57,063 bases of DNA from an uncultured Actinomycetes bacterium (GCA_903933585.1 CAIZKO010000107.1:1-57063); one strand, 5' to 3'. Shown: positions 46,503 to 56,336, counted from the first letter of the stretch. Numbers and translations: made by a program. The notes: generated by a model not told the origin, from the letters alone.

Positions 46503-47381
46503 GTGAGCAAGCCGTTTAAGCGTGAACCGGGCAGTCGCGTCATCCCTAGCTGGCAGATCGGCGCGGGTGGCGAGAAATTCACCGACATTATTTATGAAGT
46601 TGGCGATGGCATTGCAAAGATCACAATCAATCGTCCCCAGGTCAGAAATGCTTTTCGTCCAGAGACGCTCATCGAATTGCAAGAAGCGTTCTCACTCGCC
46701 CGCGATGATGAATCAGTCGGAGTTATTATCTTTACCGGCGCAGGCACCGAAGCATTCTGTTCTGGCGGCGATATCAGCGTGCGTGGCGATGACGGATATA
46801 TCGGTAGCGATGCACTTGGCAAGAAAGGAATCGGGCGACTTAATGTTCTCGATCTCCAGATTCAAATCCGCAGATTACCTAAGCCAGTTGTTGCGATGGT
46901 CGCCGGCTGGGCGGTCGGTGGCGGACATGTTCTTCATGTTGTCTGTGACATAACCGTCGCAGCCGACAATGCGAAATTTGGTCAAACCGGACCTATGGTT
47001 GGATCTTTTGATGGTGGATATGGCGCTGGATTGCTTGCGGCACATATTGGTCAGAAGAAAGCCCGCGAGATCTGGTTCATGTGCCGTCAATATGATGCCA
47101 ACGAAGCCCTTGAGATGGGCCTTGTAAATACCGTTGTTCCAGTAGCAGAGTTAGAAGCTGAAACCGTTTCGTGGTGTCGTGAAATGCTCCGCCATTCACC
47201 GATGGCGCTTCGCCTTTTGAAGGCAGGACTCAATGCTGCAGATGATGGTCTAGCTGGAGTTCAACAACTTGCAGGCGATGCCACATTGCTCTTCTACTTG
47301 ACGGAGGAAGGGCAAGAGGGTCGTGACGCTTATAAAGAGAAGCGCGACCCCGACTTCACTAAGTTCCCACGTCGCCCATAG
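46503..47381 (+). CDS. menB: 1,4-dihydroxy-2-naphthoyl-CoA synthase
   Basis: Crotonase fold: ...[18 protein letters not shown]..., ...FCSGGD.... GTG 46503 has SD AAGGAG 5 nt upstream. The ORF-track TTG 46452 is the alternative (leaderless) start. Confidence 0.92.
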   Translation: MSKPFKREPGSRVIPSWQIGAGGEKFTDIIYEVGDGIAKITINRPQVRNAFRPETLIELQEAFSLARDDESVGVIIFTGAGTEAFCSGGDISVRGDDGYIGSDALGKKGIGRLNVLDLQIQIRRLPKPVVAMVAGWAVGGGHVLHVVCDITVAADNAKFGQTGPMVGSFDGGYGAGLLAAHIGQKKAREIWFMCRQYDANEALEMGLVNTVVPVAELEAETVSWCREMLRHSPMALRLLKAGLNAADDGLAGVQQLAGDATLLFYLTEEGQEGRDAYKEKRDPDFTKFPRRP

Positions 47382-47383
47382 CA

Positions 47384-48343
47384 ATGTTGGAAAAGTATTG
47401 TCCGGATTTATCGATTCTGCAGATACCGCTGCGCAATAAATTTCGAGGTATATCCATACGCGAAGTTGCCATATTTCGGGGATCTGCAGGATGGTCAGAG
47501 TTCAGTCCATTTCTAGAATATGGTGATGAAGAGGCAGCTGTCTGGATGGCAGCGGCGCTAGAAGCAGCCCATAAGCCTTGGCCCGAGCTATATAGAGACC
47601 GCATTGCAATTAATGCAACGCTGCCCATCGTTGAGCCCGCATTGGTGCGGGGAATTCTGGCTCGCTTCCCGGGAAGCACAACGGTCAAGGTAAAGGTAGA
47701 TGATTTTGTGCAGGGCGCGCTTGTAGTAGCCGAGGTGCTCGAAATTAACCCCGAGATGAAGATTCGCTTGGATGTAAATGGGGGCTGGGATATAGAGCAA
47801 GCCGTAAGCAATCTCTTGGAGTATCACCTGCGCTTTGGAAACGTCTTTGATTATGTCGAACAACCTTGCCCGACCGTCACAGAGTTGGCATTGGTTAAGC
47901 CAGAAGTTCCCATTCGGATCGCTGCCGATGAATCAATACGTAAGAATTTAGGCGCTGACTTCTCAAACTTCTCAAACTTCGCTGATCTTGCGATTTTGAA
48001 GTGGCAACCAGTCGGTGGTTTTGCCGCCGCACATAAGATAGCAAGGGAAATTGGTTTACCTGTTGTTATATCGAGTGCACTAGAAACCGGCATTGGTATC
48101 TCGCATGGCTTAGCGCTGGCGGCCTCCTTTAAGGAGAGCTCCTTGGCCTGCGGACTTGGAACAGTTGCGCTCTTTGAGGGAGATATCTGCTCACCCGCCA
48201 CTCTCGTTGAAGATGGATATCTCGAAGTGAAGAGGCGTGAACCCGCTGACTTTGAGAGGTACCTCGCACCCTCCGAGCGAGCCGATTATTGGAAGCAACG
48301 TATTCTTAGGGTCTTGCAATTAATGGAGGGGCGGAGCGCATGA
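47384..48343 (+). CDS. menC: o-succinylbenzoate synthase
   Basis: Enolase-superfamily pattern (KVKV..., DVNGGW, ADES). Position between menB and menD. Confidence 0.8.
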   Translation: MLEKYCPDLSILQIPLRNKFRGISIREVAIFRGSAGWSEFSPFLEYGDEEAAVWMAAALEAAHKPWPELYRDRIAINATLPIVEPALVRGILARFPGSTTVKVKVDDFVQGALVVAEVLEINPEMKIRLDVNGGWDIEQAVSNLLEYHLRFGNVFDYVEQPCPTVTELALVKPEVPIRIAADESIRKNLGADFSNFSNFADLAILKWQPVGGFAAAHKIAREIGLPVVISSALETGIGISHGLALAASFKESSLACGLGTVALFEGDICSPATLVEDGYLEVKRREPADFERYLAPSERADYWKQRILRVLQLMEGRSA

Positions 48344-49905
48344 ATTCAACATCATTAGCTCGCGATATCGTCCGACAGTTAATTGAGATTGGCGTGTCGG
48401 ATTTCGTGCTTTCTCCGGGTTCACGCAACGCCCCGCTTTCGATTGCGCTGCATGAGGCCGAAGTGGCCGGACTCGTTAATCTCTACGTACGGATCGATGA
48501 GCGTGGAGCTGCATTCTTTGCTCTGGGATTAAGCAAGGCTTCCGAAAACTATGTCGCAGTCATTTGTACCAGCGGAACAGCAGCGGCTAATTTTCATCCG
48601 GCAACCCTCGAGGCGTATCACTCTGCTAATAATTTATTGCTTATAACGGCAGATAGACCAGCACATCTGCGGCGTACCGGAGCAAGTCAAACGACTTTAC
48701 AGGTTGGATTGCTACAACCAGTTTCGACGATCGATATCTCCTCCTCGATTCTCATTGCAGATTTATTGACTTCAGGGCCGGTTCACTTGAATATTCAGTT
48801 TGATGAGCCGCTCCTCTCTGATGATCGCACCGATTGGTTGGCGGGTTTAAAGCCACAGATCAAGGAATATCCAAAGGGAGAGGTGAACGAGGTCTTCGAT
48901 CCAAAAGCTCGTGGGGTCATGGTCGTGGGTCATGACCGAGCCGGACTCGCTGCCGATGGTATTTCTTTCTACGCCAAAACGATTGGTTGGCCGATTATTG
49001 CCGAAGATCCACTCTCTTTTCCCGACAGTATTGCGCATGCAGCGCTCTTCTTAACTGATGCCGAGATTCGCCGATCCCTTAAACCCGACGAGATCATCAT
49101 CGTTGGACGCCCGACGCTCTCACGAAGTATTGCTGCGCTCATTAATGAGTGCGCACATGTTGTTGTGATCGATCCCCGCGCGTTAACGGTAGATACCGAA
49201 AGAAGAGCCTCCAAGATTTTTAGCCGCCTGCCAGATGGCCATTCAAGTGCTGATCCAAAGTGGCTGAAGCTCTGGAGGGATGCAGCGAAAACCGCTCATA
49301 GCGCTCTCCGCTTGGATTGGTCTGAACAAGCTGCGGTAGTTGCAATTACCTCCAATATCCAAGGCGAAGCCGCGCTCTTCATCGGCAGCAGTCGTCCTGT
49401 TCGCGACATTGAAGCCTTCGCGAAGCCGCGTTCAGGCATTCATACCTTTGCAAACCGTGGGTTGGCGGGGATAGATGGCAATATTTCGTGCGCCTTTGGT
49501 ATCGCCGAGAAGTACGAACGCTCCTTTGCAATCATGGGCGACATTACCTTTCTCCATGACATCTCCGCACTGGTAAATCCAAGCACGACGAATCTCACTA
49601 TTTTTGTTATTGATAATAATGGTGGAGGCATCTTTAACACTTTGCCCCAATCAGGGGTAGTGGGCTTTGAAAAGTTATTTGGAACTCCGCACAATCTGGA
49701 TTTAGAACGAGTGATTCAGGGTTTTGGTGGACGAGTAACCAAGGTGAAAAATGAGTCCGACCTCTTGCACGCTGTAATACATGAATCGAAGGGTCTCAAT
49801 TTTGTCGTGGTCGAGGTTCCCGATCGTTCGACTAATGCAACCGTGCTAAAAGAAATTACTCAGAGTCTGGTGAGCGCGCTGCGAATGGGAAGCAATTTAG
49901 CCTGA
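48340..49905 (+). CDS. menD: 2-succinyl-5-enolpyruvyl-6-hydroxy-3-cyclohexene-1-carboxylate (SEPHCHC) synthase
   Basis: ThDP enzyme with ...SPGSRNAPL... and ...GDITFLHD.... ATGA overlap with the menC stop. Confidence 0.9.
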   Translation: MNSTSLARDIVRQLIEIGVSDFVLSPGSRNAPLSIALHEAEVAGLVNLYVRIDERGAAFFALGLSKASENYVAVICTSGTAAANFHPATLEAYHSANNLLLITADRPAHLRRTGASQTTLQVGLLQPVSTIDISSSILIADLLTSGPVHLNIQFDEPLLSDDRTDWLAGLKPQIKEYPKGEVNEVFDPKARGVMVVGHDRAGLAADGISFYAKTIGWPIIAEDPLSFPDSIAHAALFLTDAEIRRSLKPDEIIIVGRPTLSRSIAALINECAHVVVIDPRALTVDTERRASKIFSRLPDGHSSADPKWLKLWRDAAKTAHSALRLDWSEQAAVVAITSNIQGEAALFIGSSRPVRDIEAFAKPRSGIHTFANRGLAGIDGNISCAFGIAEKYERSFAIMGDITFLHDISALVNPSTTNLTIFVIDNNGGGIFNTLPQSGVVGFEKLFGTPHNLDLERVIQGFGGRVTKVKNESDLLHAVIHESKGLNFVVVEVPDRSTNATVLKEITQSLVSALRMGSNLA

Positions 49906-51086
49906 CTTTCCGCTAACTCTTGTTCGGCGCTCGATCCTGCAACAATTCCACACCCAGCAAAGACGCGTATCGATTTGTGATCTGGCGATATCTGCCCGCA
50001 GCGCAGTGCAATACCCATCTCGCCATCGCCATGTGCATCAACCCATCCCACTGGTCCGGCATATCTTCCGCGATTCATAGATTCAAGCTCGCTGATCACA
50101 TTCATTGCTTTGTCCGTAGGAGTTCCACAAACAGCAGCCGAGGGGTGTAGCGCTGCTACCAACTTGAAAATATCTACCTTGCTCGCGGTGTCATTAATAA
50201 CGCCAGTGACATCCGTAGCTAGGTGCATAACATTCGGGAGGTGAAGTACAAAGGGTGACTCAGGAACGTTGGTGGATGATGCAAAGGGCTCCAGCGCTTC
50301 TGCAACCGAACGCACCGCATACTCGTGCTCTTCCAGATCCTTCGAGGACTTTGCTAATGAACCAGCCAGGGCAAAGTCGCGCTCTTCATCACCAGTGCGG
50401 CGAATGGTTCCTGCAAGAACTCTGGAAGTTACTAGCGATTTGCTCAAACGGACCAGCAATTCAGGGGTAGCTCCGATCAGGTTATCAACTAAGAAGAGCC
50501 AGGTTGATGGATATTCGGCCTCTAAGGATTGAATCAAGGCAGCAGGATCAATCACTTTATCTGCGCGAGCTAAGAGATCTTGAGCGAGAACAACCTTCTC
50601 TAGATCGCCGGCCTTAATTCTAGCGACAGCCTCTTCAACAGCACGTGACCAATCGCTGTCGTTCAGCGCGCCTTGCTCCCAAGTCAGCTCTAGTCCACGC
50701 TTTTCAATAATTCGTTTGGAAAGTTCTGGCTGGCCATTTCCGATCCAGGTAATCCAAGATTTTCCATTTTTCTGAACTACAACAATCTGGGGGATAGTAA
50801 GAAGCGACGGTTCATCTTCAGAGAATGCGAATGAGGTGAAGAGAATGGGACCGGTGCCGACTCCGTGCACATTATTCTTAATTTCCAGTTGTGAGAGTTC
50901 GTTCTGCCACCAGGCAGATGCGTCAGCAAAGCGCTTCTTTCCGGAAACGACATGGGACTTATATTCGCCAAATCCGATGAATCCATCGGAGCCGCGAATC
51001 CAACTAGCGCTCACTGGTAGATCAGTTGTTATCTCGCTCAGGCGTGGATGATCGCCAAGCAACTCCGTAGTTATGCGCAAAGCCAT
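49860..51086 (-). CDS. menF: isochorismate synthase
   Basis: Chorismate-binding C-domain: ...LHPSAAVCGTP..., ...RGRYAGPVGW..., ...FAGCGIVAGS.... Confidence 0.85.
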   Translation of the reverse strand: MALRITTELLGDHPRLSEITTDLPVSASWIRGSDGFIGFGEYKSHVVSGKKRFADASAWWQNELSQLEIKNNVHGVGTGPILFTSFAFSEDEPSLLTIPQIVVVQKNGKSWITWIGNGQPELSKRIIEKRGLELTWEQGALNDSDWSRAVEEAVARIKAGDLEKVVLAQDLLARADKVIDPAALIQSLEAEYPSTWLFLVDNLIGATPELLVRLSKSLVTSRVLAGTIRRTGDEERDFALAGSLAKSSKDLEEHEYAVRSVAEALEPFASSTNVPESPFVLHLPNVMHLATDVTGVINDTASKVDIFKLVAALHPSAAVCGTPTDKAMNVISELESMNRGRYAGPVGWVDAHGDGEMGIALRCGQISPDHKSIRVFAGCGIVAGSSAEQELAESQAKLLPIRSALTRL

Positions 51087-51105
51087 GGGGGTAAGTTAAG
51101 TACCT

Positions 51106-51687
51106 TTACTGTTTTGGTACAAAGCGCCAGAGCGTTGGCATCGCTGTACTAGCAATTGCGATCTTGATCACTTCACCCAAGATAAATGGGGTAAAGCCAA
51201 ATTTAAAGGTGGTCGCCCAGGAGGCGTGTAGCGAATGGTGTAACCAGAGCAGACCCGCAGAGAAGATGACCAGATCTCCAATGAGCATCGTAGGAATTAC
51301 CGTAAGGATCTTCTGATCCCATTTGCGCCCAGCTAAGTAACCGGTAATGAGGGAGGCGAGTAACATTCCAACGAGGTATCCACCTGTTGCACCTGTGATT
51401 CGAGATAAGCCATGTGCTCCTGATGCAAAGACCGGCGCTCCAATAAATCCAACCAGGAGATAGGTGGCAAAAGTTGTAAATCCGAGAGATGCTCCATATG
51501 CGCTTCCCAGAAGAAGTGCGCCTAAGGTCTGACCCGTGACAGGGACGGGAGATCCAGGAACTGGAACAGCTATCTGAGCCATGAGCGCTAAGAAGGTGGT
51601 CCCGCCGACGACAAGTGCAATTTTTGTTGAAACCGTACTGCGGGTAATGAGTGCACCGCGTAGTGTTGCAGTTGAAGAAATCGACAT
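51106..51687 (-). CDS. bioY: biotin transporter BioY (ECF S-component type)
   Basis: About 6 TM helices, with ...VPVTGQTLGALLLG... and ...GGYLVGML... typical of BioY. SD GAGAGGGA lies upstream. Confidence 0.85.
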   Translation of the reverse strand: MSISSTATLRGALITRSTVSTKIALVVGGTTFLALMAQIAVPVPGSPVPVTGQTLGALLLGSAYGASLGFTTFATYLLVGFIGAPVFASGAHGLSRITGATGGYLVGMLLASLITGYLAGRKWDQKILTVIPTMLIGDLVIFSAGLLWLHHSLHASWATTFKFGFTPFILGEVIKIAIASTAMPTLWRFVPKQ

Positions 51688-51771
51688 CTTTATCCCTCTC
51701 GAACCGTCGCCGTAAGCGTCTTGGACTAGTCTGAAGTTGTTATACGAGCCTACTATTGAAAGAATAAACCC

Positions 51772-52473
51772 GTGAGTAAGTCAGCAGATCTTAATAAAGA
51801 GCCAGAGGAAGTCGCCTCGATGTTTGATGGCGTCGCAAAGCGCTATGACATCATGAATGACCTCCTCAGCCTGGGGCAGACCAAGGCTTGGCGCAAGAAG
51901 GCAACCGCAATCATCGCGCCGCACGCTGGAATGAAAATATTGGATATCGCTGCAGGAACTGGCTCATCGAGCCGCCCCTTGGCTGATGCCGGGGCCGAAG
52001 TTATCCCAGCCGACTTCTCGCAAGGCATGCTCGATGCGGGCAAGAAGCGCCACCCTGACCTGCACTTCACCTTGGCCGATGCACTTAACTTGCCATTTAA
52101 AGAGAATGAATTTGATGTCACGACAATCTCCTTTGGATTGCGAAACACCAACGATGTAAATAAAGCGTTACAAGAGGCGCTGCGGGTGACAAAGCCTGGG
52201 GGACGGCTCGTCGTTGTTGAATTCTCACACCCTACAAATAAATTATTCCGCACAATTTATATGAAGTATTTAATGGGACTCCTGCCAAAGGTTGCGCGCA
52301 AACTAGCTTCCAATCCCGATGCATATATTTACTTGGCCCAATCGATTCAGGCTTGGCCTACCCAAGAACAACTCGGAGAGAAGATTCAAACTGCCGGATG
52401 GGGAAGTGTCGCTTGGCAGAACTTCACCTTTGGAATCGTTGCGGTGCATATCGCTTTCAAGGATGCGCAGTAA
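51772..52473 (+). CDS. menG: demethylmenaquinone methyltransferase
   Basis: UbiE/MenG pattern: FDGVAKRYDIMNDLLSLG and the SAM motif ILDIAAGTG. GTG start. Confidence 0.9.
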   Translation: MSKSADLNKEPEEVASMFDGVAKRYDIMNDLLSLGQTKAWRKKATAIIAPHAGMKILDIAAGTGSSSRPLADAGAEVIPADFSQGMLDAGKKRHPDLHFTLADALNLPFKENEFDVTTISFGLRNTNDVNKALQEALRVTKPGGRLVVVEFSHPTNKLFRTIYMKYLMGLLPKVARKLASNPDAYIYLAQSIQAWPTQEQLGEKIQTAGWGSVAWQNFTFGIVAVHIAFKDAQ

Positions 52474-52476
52474 TCC

Positions 52477-53463
52477 ATGGCATTTGGAATTCCGCATCTT
52501 GATGTGAAGTTAGAGCTTTCAATTCGTTCCGACATGAAACGAGTCGAAGAGCTTCTTCTCAAACAAATTCAAGGCGACTACCCGCTCGTCATTGAAACCT
52601 CTCGCCACCTTGTTGAGGCGGGCGGTAAGCGTTTGCGACCTTTGCTCGCACTGTTAGCCGCGCAATTTGGAGATCCCAAGCGCCCCGAAATCATTGAAGC
52701 CGCTGTTGTCTGCGAGTTAACTCATCTCGCGACTTTGTATCATGACGATGTTATGGATGAAGCGCCATTACGCCGTGGTGTCGAAAGCGCTAACGCGCGT
52801 TGGAATAACACCGTCGCAATTTTGACCGGCGATTATCTCTTTGCCAAAGCCTCAGATTTGTTAGCAGATCTGGGACCAGAAGCAGTTCGTCTTCAGGCTC
52901 GTACATTCGAGCGCTTGGTGATTGGTCAGATAACTGAGACCCAGGGCTCTACGGCGGGACTTTCGATGCTCGATCACTATCTCGCGGTAGTTGCAGATAA
53001 GACCGGCTCGCTCATCGCTACATCGGCACGCTTTGGCGCGCTTCTATCTGGTGCACCTTCGCAAGTGGTTGAATCACTCACCCGCTTCGGTGAAAAAATT
53101 GGTGTTGTTTTCCAATTGGCAGATGATGTAATTGATATTGCTTCGCAATCCAATGAAAGCGGCAAGACTCCTGGAACAGATCTTCGGGAAGGGGTACCGA
53201 CTCTAGTAACTCTCTTTGTTTTAGCGTCGAACGACCCCGCAGATTCCGCTCTAAAAGCCATTCTCTCAGCACCCATTACCGATGAAGCAATTGTCGAAAG
53301 CACGCTAAAAACCCTGCGCACTCACCAGGCTATGGAAACTTCTAGGAATTTACTTCATCAGTACGCAGATGAGGCTCGCTTAGATCTAGTTGATTTGCCC
53401 GATGGCGCTGCTAAACGCGCCCTAATCGAACTCTGCGAAACTATTATCACTAGAACTTCCTGA
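52477..53463 (+). CDS. polyprenyl diphosphate synthase (menaquinone side chain)
   Basis: FARM LYHDDVMDE and SARM QLADDVID motifs. Confidence 0.85.
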   Translation: MAFGIPHLDVKLELSIRSDMKRVEELLLKQIQGDYPLVIETSRHLVEAGGKRLRPLLALLAAQFGDPKRPEIIEAAVVCELTHLATLYHDDVMDEAPLRRGVESANARWNNTVAILTGDYLFAKASDLLADLGPEAVRLQARTFERLVIGQITETQGSTAGLSMLDHYLAVVADKTGSLIATSARFGALLSGAPSQVVESLTRFGEKIGVVFQLADDVIDIASQSNESGKTPGTDLREGVPTLVTLFVLASNDPADSALKAILSAPITDEAIVESTLKTLRTHQAMETSRNLLHQYADEARLDLVDLPDGAAKRALIELCETIITRTS

Positions 53464-54321
53464 CTTCACCAGGTCATACCCAAGGGTAATCAGAGCGACC
53501 CAGACAACCAGAAAACCAACCCAACGTCCCGTTGTCATTGTTTCATGGCGAACCAATACCCCAATTATGAATTGCACGGAGGGCGTGATGTATTGAAGCA
53601 ATCCGATAATGGTGAACTTCAAAGTATTCGTTGAACTATTAAACATTAAGAGCGGCACCGCGGTCGCTACGCCCGCAAACATAAGCAGCGCTGTTAGTCC
53701 TAGGTGATGTCCGAATTGACCAGTTCCCTTATTGCCCATCCACAGTAAATATCCGCCATAAGGAATAAGCGAAAGTGTTGTCTCAATTGCCAACCCATCG
53801 AGCGCGGCTAAGCCGAGTTGCTTCTTCACCAAGCCATAACTGCCCCACGATGCGGCCAGGGCGATGGCGATCCAAGGTGGACGCCCGTAATCAACGGTCA
53901 AAATGATTACTCCAACGGTTGCAATTCCCACAGAGACCCATTGCAATTTGCGCATCTTCTCTTTGAGCAAGATGACACCGAAGGCGATGATGATCAGAGG
54001 ATTTATGTAATACCCCAGCGCACATTCAACAACATGGCCGTGATTAACACCCCAGATATAGACCAGCCAATTTACAGAGACCAATACGGTTGAAATAGTC
54101 AGGCGCAGTGCAATACGTCGACTCTTTAGTAGAGAGAAGGTAGAGCGAAGTTTGCCCATGGCAAGCAGCAGGATGATGCAAAGTACAAAGGTCCAGACCG
54201 CCCGGTGCGAAACAATTTCAATGGAGTTTGCCGGCTTAAGTAGCGGCCAGTAGAGAGGGAATAGTCCCCAGATCAGATATGACCCAATACCCAAGAGCAG
54301 TCCAACTTTATAATTCTTCAT
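53422..54321 (-). CDS. rarD: EamA/RarD-family transporter
   Basis: 10-TM duplicated EamA pattern, with N-terminus ...GIGSYLIWGLFPLYW... typical of RarD. Confidence 0.8.
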   Translation of the reverse strand: MKNYKVGLLLGIGSYLIWGLFPLYWPLLKPANSIEIVSHRAVWTFVLCIILLLAMGKLRSTFSLLKSRRIALRLTISTVLVSVNWLVYIWGVNHGHVVECALGYYINPLIIIAFGVILLKEKMRKLQWVSVGIATVGVIILTVDYGRPPWIAIALAASWGSYGLVKKQLGLAALDGLAIETTLSLIPYGGYLLWMGNKGTGQFGHHLGLTALLMFAGVATAVPLLMFNSSTNTLKFTIIGLLQYITPSVQFIIGVLVRHETMTTGRWVGFLVVWVALITLGYDLVKSGSSSDNSFAEFD

Positions 54322-54330
54322 ATCTTGCGC

Positions 54331-54819
54331 TTAACGGTAATTTTGGAATTGAACCGAGAATTCCCAAGGATGATCCTTGACCATTTGAATCGCTATTTGT
54401 AAGTCGTCACGGCTCTTGCTGCTTACGCGCAGCTCCTCGCCCTGGATCTGGGTTTTGAGAGTTTTTGGCCCTTCATCGCGCAAGAGCTTGGCAATCTTCT
54501 TCGCATCTTCGGTCTTGATGCCCTCTTTGAAGGCGGCAGAAATCTTGTAGATCTTTCCACTGAGTTGCGGGGCGGATGCATCGAGGTGCTTCAGCGATAC
54601 GCCACGCTTAATCAACTTATCCTTAAAAACTTCAAGGGCAGCTTTCGCGCGATCTTCGGTATCTGCTTCAATATTATATTTATCGCCCGACTTCACAATA
54701 GAGGTACCGGTGTTCTTGAAATCAAAACGAGTAGAGATTTCACGATCGGTTGAGTTGTAGGCGTTATCAACCTCCATGTGATCAACTTCAGAAACGATAT
54801 CGAAACTTGAATCAGCCAT
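54331..54819 (-). CDS. yajQ: YajQ-family nucleotide-binding protein (UPF0234)
   Basis: SFDIVSEVD...EV.NA...REI.TRFDFK at the N-terminus and ...DDLQ..I..V... at the C-terminus. 162 aa. Confidence 0.85.
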   Translation of the reverse strand: MADSSFDIVSEVDHMEVDNAYNSTDREISTRFDFKNTGTSIVKSGDKYNIEADTEDRAKAALEVFKDKLIKRGVSLKHLDASAPQLSGKIYKISAAFKEGIKTEDAKKIAKLLRDEGPKTLKTQIQGEELRVSSKSRDDLQIAIQMVKDHPWEFSVQFQNYR

Positions 54820-56242
54820 TTAGTGCCTCCTGCTTTTTAATACTGGTTCGAGATAAGAGGATGTGTCCTACGAAGCCTATTGCTAGAGCGACAATAACCC
54901 CTACGTTGGCGCCAGCCCAAGCCCCGTTCTTGCCTCCGATGATCCCCATGAAATAGCCCTGCCACGATAGCCAGGAGGCCAATGAATTGGTGACAAATCC
55001 CCAACCCACGATCGTTCCGAAGATGACGAGCCCGATTGAGCGGAAGTTGTAGATGCCATAGCGGCCCGTGGTCGAAAAGAGCTCGCTTTCAGCATAATCA
55101 ATCTGGCGCATCAAGATATCGGCGACGAATATGGTTGACCATACGGCGATAGGCACACCCAGGGTGATCAGAAATCCTTGAAAGGGAGTACTGAAATTCG
55201 GGGCTATCCAGACGAAATAGATTGTGCCAATCAACATGATTGTGGCGTCGATAGATGCAGCCACATGGCGCTTCACTGGTAATCCAATTGAGACCAAGGT
55301 AATTCCGGAGGAGTAGAGGTCGAGAATGGCGCCACCAACAAGTCCCAAGATCGCGACGATGGCGAAAGGAATCAAATACCAGGTTGGCAGAATTGTTGTG
55401 AGAGCTCCTATTGGATCCGAACCAATTGCATCACTGAGAGTCTTGGAAGATCCAGCAAGAAGTGCACCATAAATTACCAAGATGACTGGAACGATAGATG
55501 AGCCAAAGACGGTCCAGAAGATTACGCCGCCACTAGAAGTTTTGCGTGGCAGATAGCGTGAATAATCTGCAGCCGAATTTACCCAACCAAGTCCGATTCC
55601 GGTAATTCCCAGAATCATTGCTCCGATGAATCCCGCCTTGCTGCCAGCATGAATCGACTGCACCATATGCCAATTCACTTTGTGAATTGTTAAGGCGATG
55701 TAGCCAGCTGTGAGCACGATGGTTGCAACTGTGAGCCAACGCTGGATCCGCATGATCGTGTGAAAGCCGAGAACTCCACCAAAGACCGTCAGACCGGCGG
55801 CAACGATGAATCCCAAGATTCCTGCGAGATTGTGGTTGATATGCCCGAGCCGGGCGAAAACAGTTTGTGCCGCCAGAGTTGCAAGTGAGACGAGAACGGT
55901 CTCCCATCCAACAAAAACTAAGTAGGAGAGAAAGCCGGGCAAGAGATTTCCTTTGACGCCAAAGGCGGCGCGCGAGAGCGTCATCGTCGGAGCATTGGAG
56001 CGTTTACCTGCTAATGAACTGACACCAACCAAGAAGAATGAGCCGACGGTGCCGATGATGGCAGCCCAAGTGGCCTGCCAGAAGGAGATACCAAACCCGA
56101 GAAAGAAAGAACCATATGAAAGGGCGAGAAGTGAAACATTCCCCGCTGCCCACGGCCAGAAGAGTGAGCGAGCGGTCCCGTGGCGTTCGCTCTCGGATAT
56201 GAAGTTAGTACCGTGTGGCTCAATAGAATTCAGAATATTCAC
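54812..56242 (-). CDS. NCS1-family nucleobase (purine/cytosine/allantoin-type) permease
   Basis: 12-TM protein of 476 aa, with N-terminus ...ERHGTARSLFWPWAAGN... typical of NCS1 permeases. GTG start. Confidence 0.75.
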   Translation of the reverse strand: MNILNSIEPHGTNFISESERHGTARSLFWPWAAGNVSLLALSYGSFFLGFGISFWQATWAAIIGTVGSFFLVGVSSLAGKRSNAPTMTLSRAAFGVKGNLLPGFLSYLVFVGWETVLVSLATLAAQTVFARLGHINHNLAGILGFIVAAGLTVFGGVLGFHTIMRIQRWLTVATIVLTAGYIALTIHKVNWHMVQSIHAGSKAGFIGAMILGITGIGLGWVNSAADYSRYLPRKTSSGGVIFWTVFGSSIVPVILVIYGALLAGSSKTLSDAIGSDPIGALTTILPTWYLIPFAIVAILGLVGGAILDLYSSGITLVSIGLPVKRHVAASIDATIMLIGTIYFVWIAPNFSTPFQGFLITLGVPIAVWSTIFVADILMRQIDYAESELFSTTGRYGIYNFRSIGLVIFGTIVGWGFVTNSLASWLSWQGYFMGIIGGKNGAWAGANVGVIVALAIGFVGHILLSRTSIKKQEALNG

Positions 56243-56330
56243 TGGCGCATTCTAACCTGAGCCAGTTCCGCCCTTATCGCTGCCAGATATATGCCTCGGG
56301 CCGATGTTCGGCCATTCCAAGGTTATGCGC

Positions 56331-56336
56331 TAATTT
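56331..56336 (+). promoter_or_regulatory. -10-like hexamer TAATTT, 6 nt upstream of tdk ATG 56343
   Basis: TAATTTtctcgcATG, with no SD. Confidence 0.3.

Noticed and set aside
51688-51771. BirA or BioQ operator in the bioY/menG divergent region.
   Set aside because: No TGAAC-N3-GTTCA-like or long BirA-type palindrome is visible on either strand.
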